Below are positions 1-8,991 of a stretch of 64,000 bases of DNA, one piece after another. The stretch comes from Candidatus Bathyarchaeota archaeon (GTDB lineage Archaea > Thermoproteota > Bathyarchaeia > 40CM-2-53-6 > RBG-13-38-9), in contig CAWECG010000003.1 of assembly GCA_963807605.1 (NCBI GenBank), positions 352,001 through 416,000 of the forward strand. The letters are read 5' to 3'. The position numbers and the translations under genes are program-made. Numbering within the stretch: the stretch's first letter is position 1; each line of letters opens with the position of its first letter. The notes under the pieces were generated by a model. The model saw only the letters and a list, made by a program, of their open reading frames with translations. It ran no database searches and was not told the DNA's origin.

Positions 1-2433
1 GAAGACCGCTCCTACGCAGGCAACAACGCCAAGCTCGGTCACAACCCCCCCTGCTCCTGCCGTATAGACTGGGATGAAGTACACTTCATCGTCTCCTATT
101 CTGTAAAGGATATTGTCGCCTATTCTGGGCTGTCTGAGTAGGGTCTCTAAGGATGCGAACTCAGCGTTCTTCTCTAAGGCCTCGATCGCGCCTGTGGGCC
201 CGAGAAGCTTAATCTTTGATTCATTGGTGGGCTGGTAATAGAAAATGGTCTCTCCCAGCTGTGGGTAATCATTACGAACTACCATGTATCCGGCGAGGTT
301 TCTTCCAAGCGCTCCCCGCAACTCGAGAGATATCAGCCCCATGAACTCCGGTTTTTCAAATCCTGGTGGCTGAGTCATCATATAGTAGGTCTTTAGGCCT
401 GACGGAACTTCGAAAAATTCATTAGCGACTATATATGATGACGGGTCGGTTACGTGGTAGTAATTGTACATGGAGACCCGCCAGTCGAAAAGTTCCTCTG
501 GATACCTGAGCTGCTTGTAAAGCCATTGTGGAACCTCCTCAGTAACATAGTCGGCATATAGCATCTTGAAGAGTTGGCTGAAATAGTCTTGGCCTAAAAC
601 GATGATCTTGAAGTCCCCATTGTATATGTCCACTAGCAGGTAGCCGACGTGTCTCATGAGGGGATCGTTATTGCTCCAGGGGACCTTGCTTGTGTCGAGT
701 TTGACGATTAAAGGTATGAGATAGTACGTGTTCTGTCCATCGGTTACTGGATAACTATCTACATGTGTGTCATTGAAGTAATACTCGAAGTAGGGGAAAA
801 GGTTGCTCACTCTATCGTAGACGTCTCGGTAGCGGAGTAGACGAATGGTCTCGTCGCGGTGCGCTAGAAAGAAGTTGAACTCGAAGATCCAGCTGAGTGG
901 GGGATTAAGATCAACTCCTCCTCGACCATTGTAGAAGAATCCGTCCAGTTCGTCACTTCTTTCGCGGTCTTTAGGATACGCAGCCCATGTCGTCGAGAGC
1001 AGCCCGCCCTCTCCATAATAGATGCTTCTTTGCTTGAAGAAATCACCTGCATCCATAATCCTTCCATCATGTGCATTCAACATGAGTAGGCCGTTCGGCG
1101 CGTGCGTGTAGACGAAATGTTCAGCGTACCACGTATCCTGCGGTCTGACAGTTGCTGGAAGTATCGGTTTCATAGTCGAGGCCCAGTAGAGCGTAGAATT
1201 GAATCTTAAGATGTCTGAGTCCTCGTAGTCGAGGTAGGGAATTAGTCCTATCTCAGGCTTGAGTTTGGCCAAGGCGCCATCCCTGTCCCAGAGGCGGATC
1301 CGTCCAATCAAATCACTATTCGCGTCTACATGTTTAGGAATCTCTTCGGGTGAAACCGGATTCAAACTGAAGTTGAAGGGTATCTCTTTGACTTTATCTA
1401 ATTCAGCGAGGTAGCGATTGACCGCAATCTGCTGGGCAACGTAAGGTCCGAGCCGCTCAATTTTGCGCGTATCTGCGATGCTAGTGTTTATCGTCATCAG
1501 TGAACCTGTTGCAAGAGCTATCAGGAATATGCTGAGAACTCTGATGTAGGCTCTCTTGCGAGTTAGGGTTGAGAATCCCTTCGAATAGCGCCAATCCAGG
1601 TAGAAGAAAAACCCAAAAAGCACTCCTCCAGCACCGAGACCCAATATTAGGTAGCGAGTGTTGTAATCTACGGATGGTGAAAAGAAACTGTTAAACATCG
1701 ACCAGAAGAGTGCAAGTGACAGCAGCCCTTCAAGCGATGCAACTCGCCAGCTTATTCCCAAGGCCGTGGCTCCGGAAGCCTCGTCTACGGTTGGAGTAAG
1801 TATCCTTCCAAGTTGGGTTACACCAATAAGAAGGATTAGGCGAAGTCCTATTGCGCTCAGCAGTGGACCTATGAAAAGCGTCAGTGCAGGAATCATGGGT
1901 AGGACATTGGCTTGGGCAAACGAGCCGTCTAGAGGGATATCAGCGAAGGGAAGACTGAAGACTCTCGAGACATGATTTAGACCTATGTCCCAGCCCTGCG
2001 ACATTGCGTAAATGGACATGCCGAAGACATAGTTTCGGAAGACCATTATGCCAAGAAGAAATTTGGTAGCTTGCCACATCACGAACTTCATAGGCGACAA
2101 TTTGAAGGATTTGAAGTCGATTCGAGTCTGGGAAATCCCACCGTATCCTCTTAACATGGTTATGACTAACTGGATGAACCACCCTGTCAGAGAGCGTCTA
2201 TTGAGGAAATCAAACCTGACAAATGCTACGGTGGCAAGAATGGCGCCACCTACGATCTCGAAATAAACAGGCCTGATGAAGAGTTCACCGAACTCCTCCA
2301 CGTTCAGCCAGAACCAGATAAGCTGGCCAGCAACCGACCAAATGACGAAGATCGTGAATAGAATGACTATGGCAAGTACAATTCTTCTTGCCGGAAGTGC
2401 CGATTCTTGGTGCTCAACTTTGAAAGGTCCCAT
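1..2433 (-). CDS. UPF0182 family membrane protein (3' end outside window)
   Basis: Not in the ORF track because no stop lies in the window. Spot-translated from ATG at 2433: MGPFKVEHQESALPARRIVLAIVILFTIFVIWSVAGQLIWFWLNVEEFGELF..., several TM segments, then RIRLWD and HFVYTHA motifs typical of UPF0182. Confidence 0.8.
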   Translation of the reverse strand, partial: MGPFKVEHQESALPARRIVLAIVILFTIFVIWSVAGQLIWFWLNVEEFGELFIRPVYFEIVGGAILATVAFVRFDFLNRRSLTGWFIQLVITMLRGYGGISQTRIDFKSFKLSPMKFVMWQATKFLLGIMVFRNYVFGMSIYAMSQGWDIGLNHVSRVFSLPFADIPLDGSFAQANVLPMIPALTLFIGPLLSAIGLRLILLIGVTQLGRILTPTVDEASGATALGISWRVASLEGLLSLALFWSMFNSFFSPSVDYNTRYLILGLGAGGVLFGFFFYLDWRYSKGFSTLTRKRAYIRVLSIFLIALATGSLMTINTSIADTRKIERLGPYVAQQIAVNRYLAELDKVKEIPFNFSLNPVSPEEIPKHVDANSDLIGRIRLWDRDGALAKLKPEIGLIPYLDYEDSDILRFNSTLYWASTMKPILPATVRPQDTWYAEHFVYTHAPNGLLMLNAHDGRIMDAGDFFKQRSIYYGEGGLLSTTWAAYPKDRERSDELDGFFYNGRGGVDLNPPLSWIFEFNFFLAHRDETIRLLRYRDVYDRVSNLFPYFEYYFNDTHVDSYPVTDGQNTYYLIPLIVKLDTSKVPWSNNDPLMRHVGYLLVDIYNGDFKIIVLGQDYFSQLFKMLYADYVTEEVPQWLYKQLRYPEELFDWRVSMYNYYHVTDPSSYIVANEFFEVPSGLKTYYMMTQPPGFEKPEFMGLISLELRGALGRNLAGYMVVRNDYPQLGETIFYYQPTNESKIKLLGPTGAIEALEKNAEFASLETLLRQPRIGDNILYRIGDDEVYFIPVYTAGAGGVVTELGVVACVGAVF

Positions 2434-2581
2434 TCTGGCGAATCTCGCATAGATAGCAACTCTACTCTTTAAAGCTTAGGGGTTAGTCTCGTGACCTTAC
2501 CAGAATTGACGAAGTCCGGGTCCTTCTGCTGACATTAGCGTTATCTTGAAGAACATCCTCAAATAATCACCATGAATGTCC

Positions 2582-2686
2582 GCGGGGATCGCCGAGCTAG
2601 GTCAAAGGCGTAGAAGCGGAAACTACGTAGGCTTCAGGAGCCTATCCCGTAGGGGTTCGTGGGTTCGAATCCCACTCCCCGCACCA
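2582..2686 (+). tRNA. tRNA-Leu(CAG) with a 17-nt non-canonical intron
   Basis: Acceptor GCGGGGA/TCCCCGC-A-CCA; D arm GCCGAGCTAGGTCAAAGGC; anticodon stem TAGGC/GCCTA with loop TT-CAG-GA; long variable arm; T arm GTGGG-TTCGAAT-CCCAC. An extra 17 nt (~2611-2627) sit 5' of the anticodon loop. Confidence 0.93.
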
Positions 2687-2862
2687 ATACGCGCCTGCGT
2701 GTTGACGCAAGCCCGCGCGTGTCTCGGCAAGATTAGCTCGGAATTTCACGGCAGTCCTACAAAGAAATCGCGGTGACGCCGCTGAAGCTGCACGACAATT
2801 GTACAATTTAAGATTCAAGTACGTCTCAAAGAGGAAGTTCCGTGAGCGATTCTTGGAGAAGG

Positions 2863-3087
2863 CTAATACAATCTATCTTTTACTTTACTATCGAGTTCTA
2901 AAGTGGCCTTCTCGTGATGGGTCGTGCCAGGAAGTTTGATTGTGTTGTCCGGTTCGGGCTGGATATGTCTGATACTTCGAAGGGCGCTTGTAAAATGTGC
3001 TTTTCTACAGACATCGCAGTATCTTAAGCCTCTGCTCGTCTTTCTTCCGCAATCAACACATTTCTCAGATAGGTCCAGCACCAGCAA
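2863..3087 (-). CDS. small zinc-finger protein
   Basis: 74 aa with CVDC and CDVC pairs. Confidence 0.45.
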   Translation of the reverse strand: MLVLDLSEKCVDCGRKTSRGLRYCDVCRKAHFTSALRSIRHIQPEPDNTIKLPGTTHHEKATLELDSKVKDRLY

Positions 3088-3363
3088 CTCACCAACGATT
3101 TACGATACGGGAACCAGAATAACGACTGAGAGCAAAACTATCCCACAAAGCCGTTGTCCCTTCAAGACATTATGTCATGAAGTTAGTTAAGAGCTATAAT
3201 ATAAAACCATTTGTCACCTTGGCGTTTCGAACTCGGTTACAGTAGAACCCTCCGGTAGTTCTCTTGACGGCAAAATTAACTGACCGTCTGGTTTTTATGC
3301 TCGCATTTCGATTTGCAGATTTACAGACTGATGAAAATCGACCTCTCTTGGTAAGACCTTGAT

Positions 3364-4158
3364 CTAAACCTTCTTGATCTCTCTGAGCACTTCGCAGATC
3401 TTGTCGACTAACGATTCGAGGACTACTTGTCCGATCTTAGGGCTGGCTTTTGTGGGGTCACCTATTACACCAGAATTTGAGACGTCGTCTATCAACCATG
3501 AAGACTGCACACCCCTACTTCCACCAAGTTTAAGGTAGTGATATCCACTCTTTTCAGTGAATCTTGATGGTATCTCTTTGGAGGCATTCTGGGCATGAAC
3601 AAGCTCTGGCCTCAACGACATCATGAATGAAGTCTCGAGTGCGCATGCGTGAAAGACATCCATCTCCTGCAGCTCTTTGAATCTTGACAGTGGCTCCGCG
3701 AGTAACTCTTCGGAATATAGATAAATTGAGAAGATGAATGATCCAGTTTCCTCTCTTATCTCTCTCAGCATCATATTGAGGAGATCTGTGTTGCCGCCGT
3801 GGCCATTGATAAACACTATCTTCGTAAAACCATGGCGTGCCAGGTCTTTGCAGAGCCCCATCAGAAGATCCTCAAGAACTCTTGGTTTGATCGAAATAGT
3901 TCCAGGTCTTGTCGCATGTTCCACGGATTTTCCGAATGGGATCAACGGTCCAACAAGCACGAAAAATTCGGGTCTGATACGTTCGGCAACCATTTTGGTT
4001 ACTTCGCAAGCAATTATCGAGTCTGTTGCTAGTGGTAGGTGTCTTCCGTGTTGTTCAAAAGAGCCAATCGGGATCAGAACCATTTCCGCCCGAGTAAGAA
4101 CTTTGTTGACGTCTTCACTAGTTAAATCGCCGAGATAGATGCTGGACATAACTATCAA
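3364..4158 (-). CDS. creatininase/creatinine amidohydrolase family protein
   Basis: Motifs PIGSFEQHGRHLPLATD, NGHGGN, HACALETS, GVIGDPTKA. Confidence 0.92.
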   Translation of the reverse strand: MIVMSSIYLGDLTSEDVNKVLTRAEMVLIPIGSFEQHGRHLPLATDSIIACEVTKMVAERIRPEFFVLVGPLIPFGKSVEHATRPGTISIKPRVLEDLLMGLCKDLARHGFTKIVFINGHGGNTDLLNMMLREIREETGSFIFSIYLYSEELLAEPLSRFKELQEMDVFHACALETSFMMSLRPELVHAQNASKEIPSRFTEKSGYHYLKLGGSRGVQSSWLIDDVSNSGVIGDPTKASPKIGQVVLESLVDKICEVLREIKKV

Positions 4159-4469
4159 CTAGCGTACTTCATGAAGACTAAATGAATTGGTTTGAACAGT
4201 CTCGTTGAAGCGAATCCGGTCTAGCATATTCTGCTCACGTCATTGGTTCTAGCATTAGTGCCCAATTAATAGCGCGTTTAATCAAAGCCTTCCATCGCTA
4301 ATAAACGCTGATTGAGAATAAGAAGAATCTTGCATAATTGATTTTACTTGATATGCCGTAAGACGCGGGCGTTCAGAACAATCCATAACTAACCACCAGC
4401 GCTCCAGCGTTGGGATTCCGTGACTTAAGGCATAAGGCTGTTCAGTTACGCAGTTCAACCGAGATGATA

Positions 4470-4491
4470 TGGCGGGCCCGCCGGGACTCGA
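4470..4491 (-). repeat. duplicated tRNA 3' end (att core, left boundary of island)
   Basis: Reverse complement reads TCGAGTCCCGGCGGGCCC-G-CCA: T-loop half, T stem, acceptor strand, discriminator G and CCA of an archaeal tRNA (Arg/Lys-like). The rest of the tRNA is absent. Confidence 0.8.
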
Positions 4492-4555
4492 TGCGTTATT
4501 GAGTCTGAAAGTGGGCTCAAAATTCGTGGAGGTTCGGACCTTGAAGGGTTTGAAC
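4484..4555 (+). repeat. att-arm-like junction repeat, copy 1 of 3
   Basis: GGACTCG-N25-CTCAAAATTCGTGGAGGTTC-N13-TTTGAAC aligns without gaps to 12331-12402. Confidence 0.75.
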
Positions 4556-4628
4556 CTGATTTATAAAGGCCTTGGCTGAGCGTGGGTGAATTACTTTAGT
4601 GTTCAGGCTGTTTTCTTTCATAGAGGTT

Positions 4629-4636
4629 TTTATATA
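4629..4636 (+). promoter_or_regulatory. archaeal TATA box of the TA operon
   Basis: TTTATATA ends 28 nt upstream of the ATG at 4665, consistent with a leaderless transcript. Confidence 0.45.
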
Positions 4637-4664
4637 AGGCCGCTTTGCATAGGGTCAGCTTGCC

Positions 4665-5567
4665 ATGAGTTTCTCTAAGGCTGAGGTCTCTCGGACGATA
4701 GTTCCACAGAGGGCCAGCATTCTTCTATTCATGCTTAATCACCTCGGGGAAATAGTTACTGAGCTTAAACTGCAGAAGCTGGTGTTTCAGGTTCAGAACG
4801 AGGCGAAGATTCCTGAAGGTTATCGCTATCTCAAGCATTACTATGGACCGTACTCGCAGGAGTTGAGTATGGATAGTGTGACATTGATGAACGAGGGGCT
4901 TATTGAGAGGCAGGCAGTGATTGGTCGCAACTACCCGTATTGGGTTTTCAGGGTTACCGAGAAAGGTAAAGAGTACTTTGCTGAATCGGTGCTGCCGGCT
5001 ATGGCGCCCAAGAGTATTGAGAGGATGCGTAAGGTATTGGACAAGTACTCAGGATATAATCATTACGAGTTGGCTAAGATCGTTTATCATGAGTGGAAGA
5101 TAAAGGAATTCGGGAACCTAGACTTAGAGATTAGAGAATTGGAAAGAGATCTTCAAGCGGTTACCAGTTTTTGGGAGACGATGTACTTTCCTGCGTGTCC
5201 AGCTATAACTTACTTTCTTGCATTCTTGGAATACTCGCAAGAGGCCCTCACAAAGGTTGCATCAACCAAAGATACTGTGATCAAGTCAGTCTTGGCAAGA
5301 GCCTGCCGGGAGTTGACTGATAACCTGGCAAGCGTTGCTCAGGTCTGCTCTAAGAAAGACGTATGTCCGATGGAGGCTGAGAGGGGTCTTTGTAAGACTC
5401 CAGATCCTTCTATTTACGAGATTTTCAATTTCATTGAAGATTTCTGTGAACGACAAAACATTCTGCCAAAAATGTCACAGAGAGAGCTGACAGAGCTGAT
5501 GACGGAGGATGAATACAAACGCCTCCAGAACACATTCAGGACTTTGACCGCCTCGTCTTCTTTCTAG
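4665..5567 (+). CDS. Panacea/SocA (DUF4065/YwgA-like) antitoxin domain protein with Cys-containing C-terminal extension
   Basis: KLQKLVF...Y.KHYYGPYSQEL...VTEKG wHTH signature; lies directly upstream of a PIN-like gene. Confidence 0.7.
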   Translation: MSFSKAEVSRTIVPQRASILLFMLNHLGEIVTELKLQKLVFQVQNEAKIPEGYRYLKHYYGPYSQELSMDSVTLMNEGLIERQAVIGRNYPYWVFRVTEKGKEYFAESVLPAMAPKSIERMRKVLDKYSGYNHYELAKIVYHEWKIKEFGNLDLEIRELERDLQAVTSFWETMYFPACPAITYFLAFLEYSQEALTKVASTKDTVIKSVLARACRELTDNLASVAQVCSKKDVCPMEAERGLCKTPDPSIYEIFNFIEDFCERQNILPKMSQRELTELMTEDEYKRLQNTFRTLTASSSF

Positions 5568-6181
5568 AGACCTCAACCTGTATAGACTATGCATTGAGAG
5601 TCGACTCAAATATCCTTTCAGTCTACAACCAATCCGTGACAGATTTCATAGGGTTCTTGAGGGCGAGCCGTATTAGAATGGTCACTTCCACCACTGTAAA
5701 GGACGAAGCGACGAGACAATTCCCCTCTGCCAGCAATCGACTGGTAGATATGGCTCACCCTCAGAGACTAAAACAAGTCAGAGCGGTAGCGTTAACAAAG
5801 TGTACAAACAGACTTCGAGAACTGTGGTCACGTGTTGATGTCTTGACGTTGCATGGCAATTTATCACTCGCAAAGAAATTCTATCAAAAACTGTCGGATG
5901 ACCCTCTTACTAGGACGCGCCTAGAGAAGGTCAGAAAGTTCAAGAAGCGCAGCAGTTTCGCGCCCGAGGAGTCCGACCTTGAGATTATGTCCGAAGCCAT
6001 CAGTCTCAAAAGAAGCGATAACGAAGTTTACTTTGTAACGAAGGACGAGCACTTTTGCGAGTTCCCGGAAGAGATTCATGAAGAGTTTGGGCTACGAGTA
6101 TTGCCTGTACAAGAACTCATTAAATTCAAAGAGCAGTTAGAGGAGCTAAGGAAATCCCTAGATCAAGAAAGAAGCGCTTGA
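5513..6181 (+). CDS. PIN-domain protein (putative toxin); true start probably upstream of TTG 5594
   Basis: The frame is open from 5513 and gives LVFFLETSTCIDY (first PIN motif), then STTVKDE, ESDLEIMSEA, FVTKDEHF. Confidence 0.7.
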   Translation: MQTPPEHIQDFDRLVFFLETSTCIDYALRVDSNILSVYNQSVTDFIGFLRASRIRMVTSTTVKDEATRQFPSASNRLVDMAHPQRLKQVRAVALTKCTNRLRELWSRVDVLTLHGNLSLAKKFYQKLSDDPLTRTRLEKVRKFKKRSSFAPEESDLEIMSEAISLKRSDNEVYFVTKDEHFCEFPEEIHEEFGLRVLPVQELIKFKEQLEELRKSLDQERSA

Positions 6182-6868
6182 ACGAAGCAAGATTTTCTTC
6201 CGTTGCTGTGGCAGAAGTTGGACTCAAATCGTGGGGTCCAGACTTTGTAAGTTCGAACCTGTGGTCTTCTGGGAGGCGATTTTTCTCTGTGGACTGGTCT
6301 TGATGGGAGGTAGTTGAGCCAGCTGGCTCATCATCCTTCCGTGCGCCCTTCCGAATCCTGGATACTGCGAATCCCACTCCATGGATTTCCTCTGGTAGGG
6401 TTCAAGCTTCACTGCGTAAGGCTTGCCGACGATTCTGTGCTTGTAATTGCCCAGGGTCTGCCTGTTTCTCACATAGATTTGGTTCATAATATGATTTCAG
6501 ATTTGTCAGCGCTGTTCAAGTCATTTTTGGGGGTTCGTTTCCGGTGAGTTTGGGCGTGAATCTTGATTCTGGTGATTGCTCCCTATGTCTTATCTTTCGA
6601 AAATGCTAACTGTAACTTGGAGGGTTTGGCATGTTCCGCAATCAGGACGAGCTTATCGATTATTTCGCGCCGCCTTAGTCCTGAATTCCTCCTCTGGCGT
6701 TATCACCTTCGTCGCAGTACTATTCTCAGAGAACTTGAAATCTGGAGGAACCCTAAGACCCTCCAATAGCGCCCGCTGCTTCTTAATCTCGGGAGGAAGA
6801 ATCTTAATTACCGGCTCCTCCTTATTCTCCTCTTGAACAGCCCTAATCACGTACACTTGAAAACTGGT

Positions 6869-7957
6869 TTAGCGTCTCTTGCTTTTCCTTTGCTCCCATC
6901 CAATCGTTTCGTAGACTATTTCTTTCTGTCCTGGTTTGAAGGAGATACACAGCGGAACACATCCGTCGCGATACAACAGCCGTTGCTTGGGGCAAGGACG
7001 TGTCTCCGAACCTGCAAAGTAGCTGTCCCTTAGCTCATTCGTGGGCGTGCCATTCCACATTATGCTCATCGCACGGCTGTCAAACCATCCGACGCAATAG
7101 GGCGTACCAATTGTGAGCGCGCACACCCTAAGTATTCCGTTGGGATGGACCAGAATTCTCTCTCCTAGCAATTCGGGGCAATATCCATAGTAATCTGGAT
7201 TCTGATGGAACTCCTCTGAGGTTACCGAGCGTTGCGGAATTCTGACTACGATTCTGAGCTTCCCACTTCTAGCAATGTTCGATATGATGGAGTAGATTGA
7301 TGCCCATTCGTCGGCCGATATGTACGAGTCGGAGACCCATGTGTCTCGTGCGACTCCCATTTCCATGATTGGGTGGAAATTTGCGAAAGCGACCCCGATG
7401 TCTTCGAGAAATCCCACAAGCTGTTCGACGTGAGCCGCGTTCCATTTGTTTACAGTCGAAGTCACCTGCACATTATAGTTCAAATCCAGCGCAAGCCGCA
7501 TGTTTGCAACTATTTGCTCAAGGCTGCCTCCAGCTCGGACTTTGTCGTTGACCTCCTTCTTCGGGCTATCAATGCTGAACGTGATTTCATCCAAGAGCCT
7601 AAAGTCATCATCGCGCAACAGAGCACCATCAAACATTCCATTGGTGTCTAGCCTCACGTATTCGTATCCGACCCCTCTCTTTGCATATCTCACTACATCA
7701 AGAAGCGCTTGCCTGTCATAGAGAGTTGGCTCTCCACCCATGACAGTCAGCTTGATTGCACCAAGTTCCCTGAAGTCCGAAATCAGGTCCTTCGCTATAT
7801 CACTCGGAACTTCCTTATCCGACAAATGAAAGTTCAGGTCAGGTTTGTACAGGCAATACTCGCATCGCATGTTGCATTCGTCTGTGATGTACAGGAAGAC
7901 CTGTTTCAGACGGCCCTCGAAATATCGGCGAAAATCGGGGTCAATCCTGAAATACAT
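6869..7957 (-). CDS. radical SAM protein
   Basis: CNMRCEYC (CxxxCxxC), MGGEPT, DTNG, FSIDS; Cys-containing C-terminal extension. Confidence 0.9.
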   Translation of the reverse strand: MYFRIDPDFRRYFEGRLKQVFLYITDECNMRCEYCLYKPDLNFHLSDKEVPSDIAKDLISDFRELGAIKLTVMGGEPTLYDRQALLDVVRYAKRGVGYEYVRLDTNGMFDGALLRDDDFRLLDEITFSIDSPKKEVNDKVRAGGSLEQIVANMRLALDLNYNVQVTSTVNKWNAAHVEQLVGFLEDIGVAFANFHPIMEMGVARDTWVSDSYISADEWASIYSIISNIARSGKLRIVVRIPQRSVTSEEFHQNPDYYGYCPELLGERILVHPNGILRVCALTIGTPYCVGWFDSRAMSIMWNGTPTNELRDSYFAGSETRPCPKQRLLYRDGCVPLCISFKPGQKEIVYETIGWEQRKSKRR

Positions 7958-8098
7958 TCAATTCATCCTTAACCTAATCTCTGCCTTCACCTTGAGCTCT
8001 GATGTCATCCCGGCAAGTAGCCAGTCTGATTCTCGGATTTGAACTGCCATTTGCTCGCTGAGGGAGAGCATCTGGCTTGATATCACGTGGGACGACAT
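7958..8098 (-). CDS. 46-aa small ORF
   Basis: MSSHVISSQMLSLSEQMAVQIRESDWLLAGMTSELKVKAEIRLRMN*. Starts 3 nt after the previous stop, and its TGA directly abuts the in-frame ATG of the radical SAM gene. Confidence 0.35.
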   Translation of the reverse strand: MSSHVISSQMLSLSEQMAVQIRESDWLLAGMTSELKVKAEIRLRMN

Positions 8099-8101
8099 CA
8101 G

Positions 8102-8419
8102 TTAGGTGACCTCGACCCATCCACGCTCTTTGTACTCCGCCGTTCTCTCCCGGTAGCGCTCGATCGCGAATCTTCTTACTTCTTCTTCGTCCACACCAAG
8201 TTCAAGGCACAAGATTGAAAGCTGCATGAAAAGATCCGCCAAACTGATCTTCAAGTTCGCCCTGTGTGCCCGAGCCTCTGAGGGAATCCTGTGGATCCCT
8301 ATGATGTCGGCGTGCACTTCACCTAGGTGATGTGTAATTAACGAAAGCCTGAAAAACACGTGCGCCTTCGGCTCCTTTACCTCCTCCACAACCTTTCTTA
8401 TTTCCTCTGCACTGACCAA
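8102..8419 (-). CDS. MazG-like all-alpha NTP pyrophosphohydrolase fold protein
   Basis: LGEV...LADLFMQL...LGVD pattern; the acidic residues are partly replaced (HHLGEV, ISLAD). RBS GGAGGTGA. Confidence 0.55.
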   Translation of the reverse strand: MVSAEEIRKVVEEVKEPKAHVFFRLSLITHHLGEVHADIIGIHRIPSEARAHRANLKISLADLFMQLSILCLELGVDEEEVRRFAIERYRERTAEYKERGWVEVT

Positions 8420-8447
8420 AAGCTCACCTCCATGAAGCCATTCAAGA

Positions 8448-8987
8448 CTATTTAGTGGTGGGCTGCTGTTTTCTTCCTCCTAGCCTTCGTTCGATCAACG
8501 ACACGATCAGCAGGGCTGCGGTAACCCATATGAATTGGACCTGGAACATATCAGTAGACAGCACTATGAGAGCTGCTCCGACTGTCAATCCAAAGACCGC
8601 AACGAAGTAAGTCAGTGTGAAAAGTTCTGATAACCATGAGGAGAGCCAGCAAAGGAACTTGACCTTCGTTGGAAGCGTTGTAGTTCTAGGATCGTAACCT
8701 CCAAACCCTGACAAGTATAGTGGAAGAGCCGTCACAGCAGCATTGATTCCGTTGACGACTCCAGTAAGGACAATGTCGCCCCCGCCAATGGCACTGCCAA
8801 TCAGTCCAATGATCATCCCGACGATTGCGCCCCTCCACCATCCCAAAAGCACTCCTGCCAAGGGAGCAATCATAATCCCAGGTGAGAGTTCTATCATACC
8901 CGGAACTACTATGATAGCGAGGCCCCTAAGGACCACGCCAATTGCCGCCAGTGTGGCGGCGAGCGCTACAGTCTCAGAGCGTTTCAA
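8448..8987 (-). CDS. ECF transporter S-component-like membrane protein
   Basis: About 5-6 TM segments; LAATLAAI (AxxxA) and LAGVLLGWWRGAIVG motifs. Confidence 0.7.
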   Translation of the reverse strand: MKRSETVALAATLAAIGVVLRGLAIIVVPGMIELSPGIMIAPLAGVLLGWWRGAIVGMIIGLIGSAIGGGDIVLTGVVNGINAAVTALPLYLSGFGGYDPRTTTLPTKVKFLCWLSSWLSELFTLTYFVAVFGLTVGAALIVLSTDMFQVQFIWVTAALLIVSLIERRLGGRKQQPTTK

Positions 8988-8991
8988 CAGC

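Noticed and set aside
864-2266. Short ORF-track calls within the first 2.4 kb, and the many antisense ORFs over long genes
   Set aside because: Shadow frames of well-supported genes, here the UPF0182 CDS.
2582-2686. tRNA-Leu as the island's integration site
   Set aside because: I found no duplicate of its 3' end (CCCACTCCCCGCACCA). The att-like fragment at 4470 derives from a different tRNA on the opposite strand.
6126-6856. Short ORFs on both strands between the PIN and rSAM genes
   Set aside because: No motifs and mutually overlapping frames; possibly decayed coding DNA, but not assignable.
6869-7957. Prokaryotic viperin
   Set aside because: Lacks the viperin-type N(Y/W)H...CNYxCxFC context; only generic radical SAM motifs are present.
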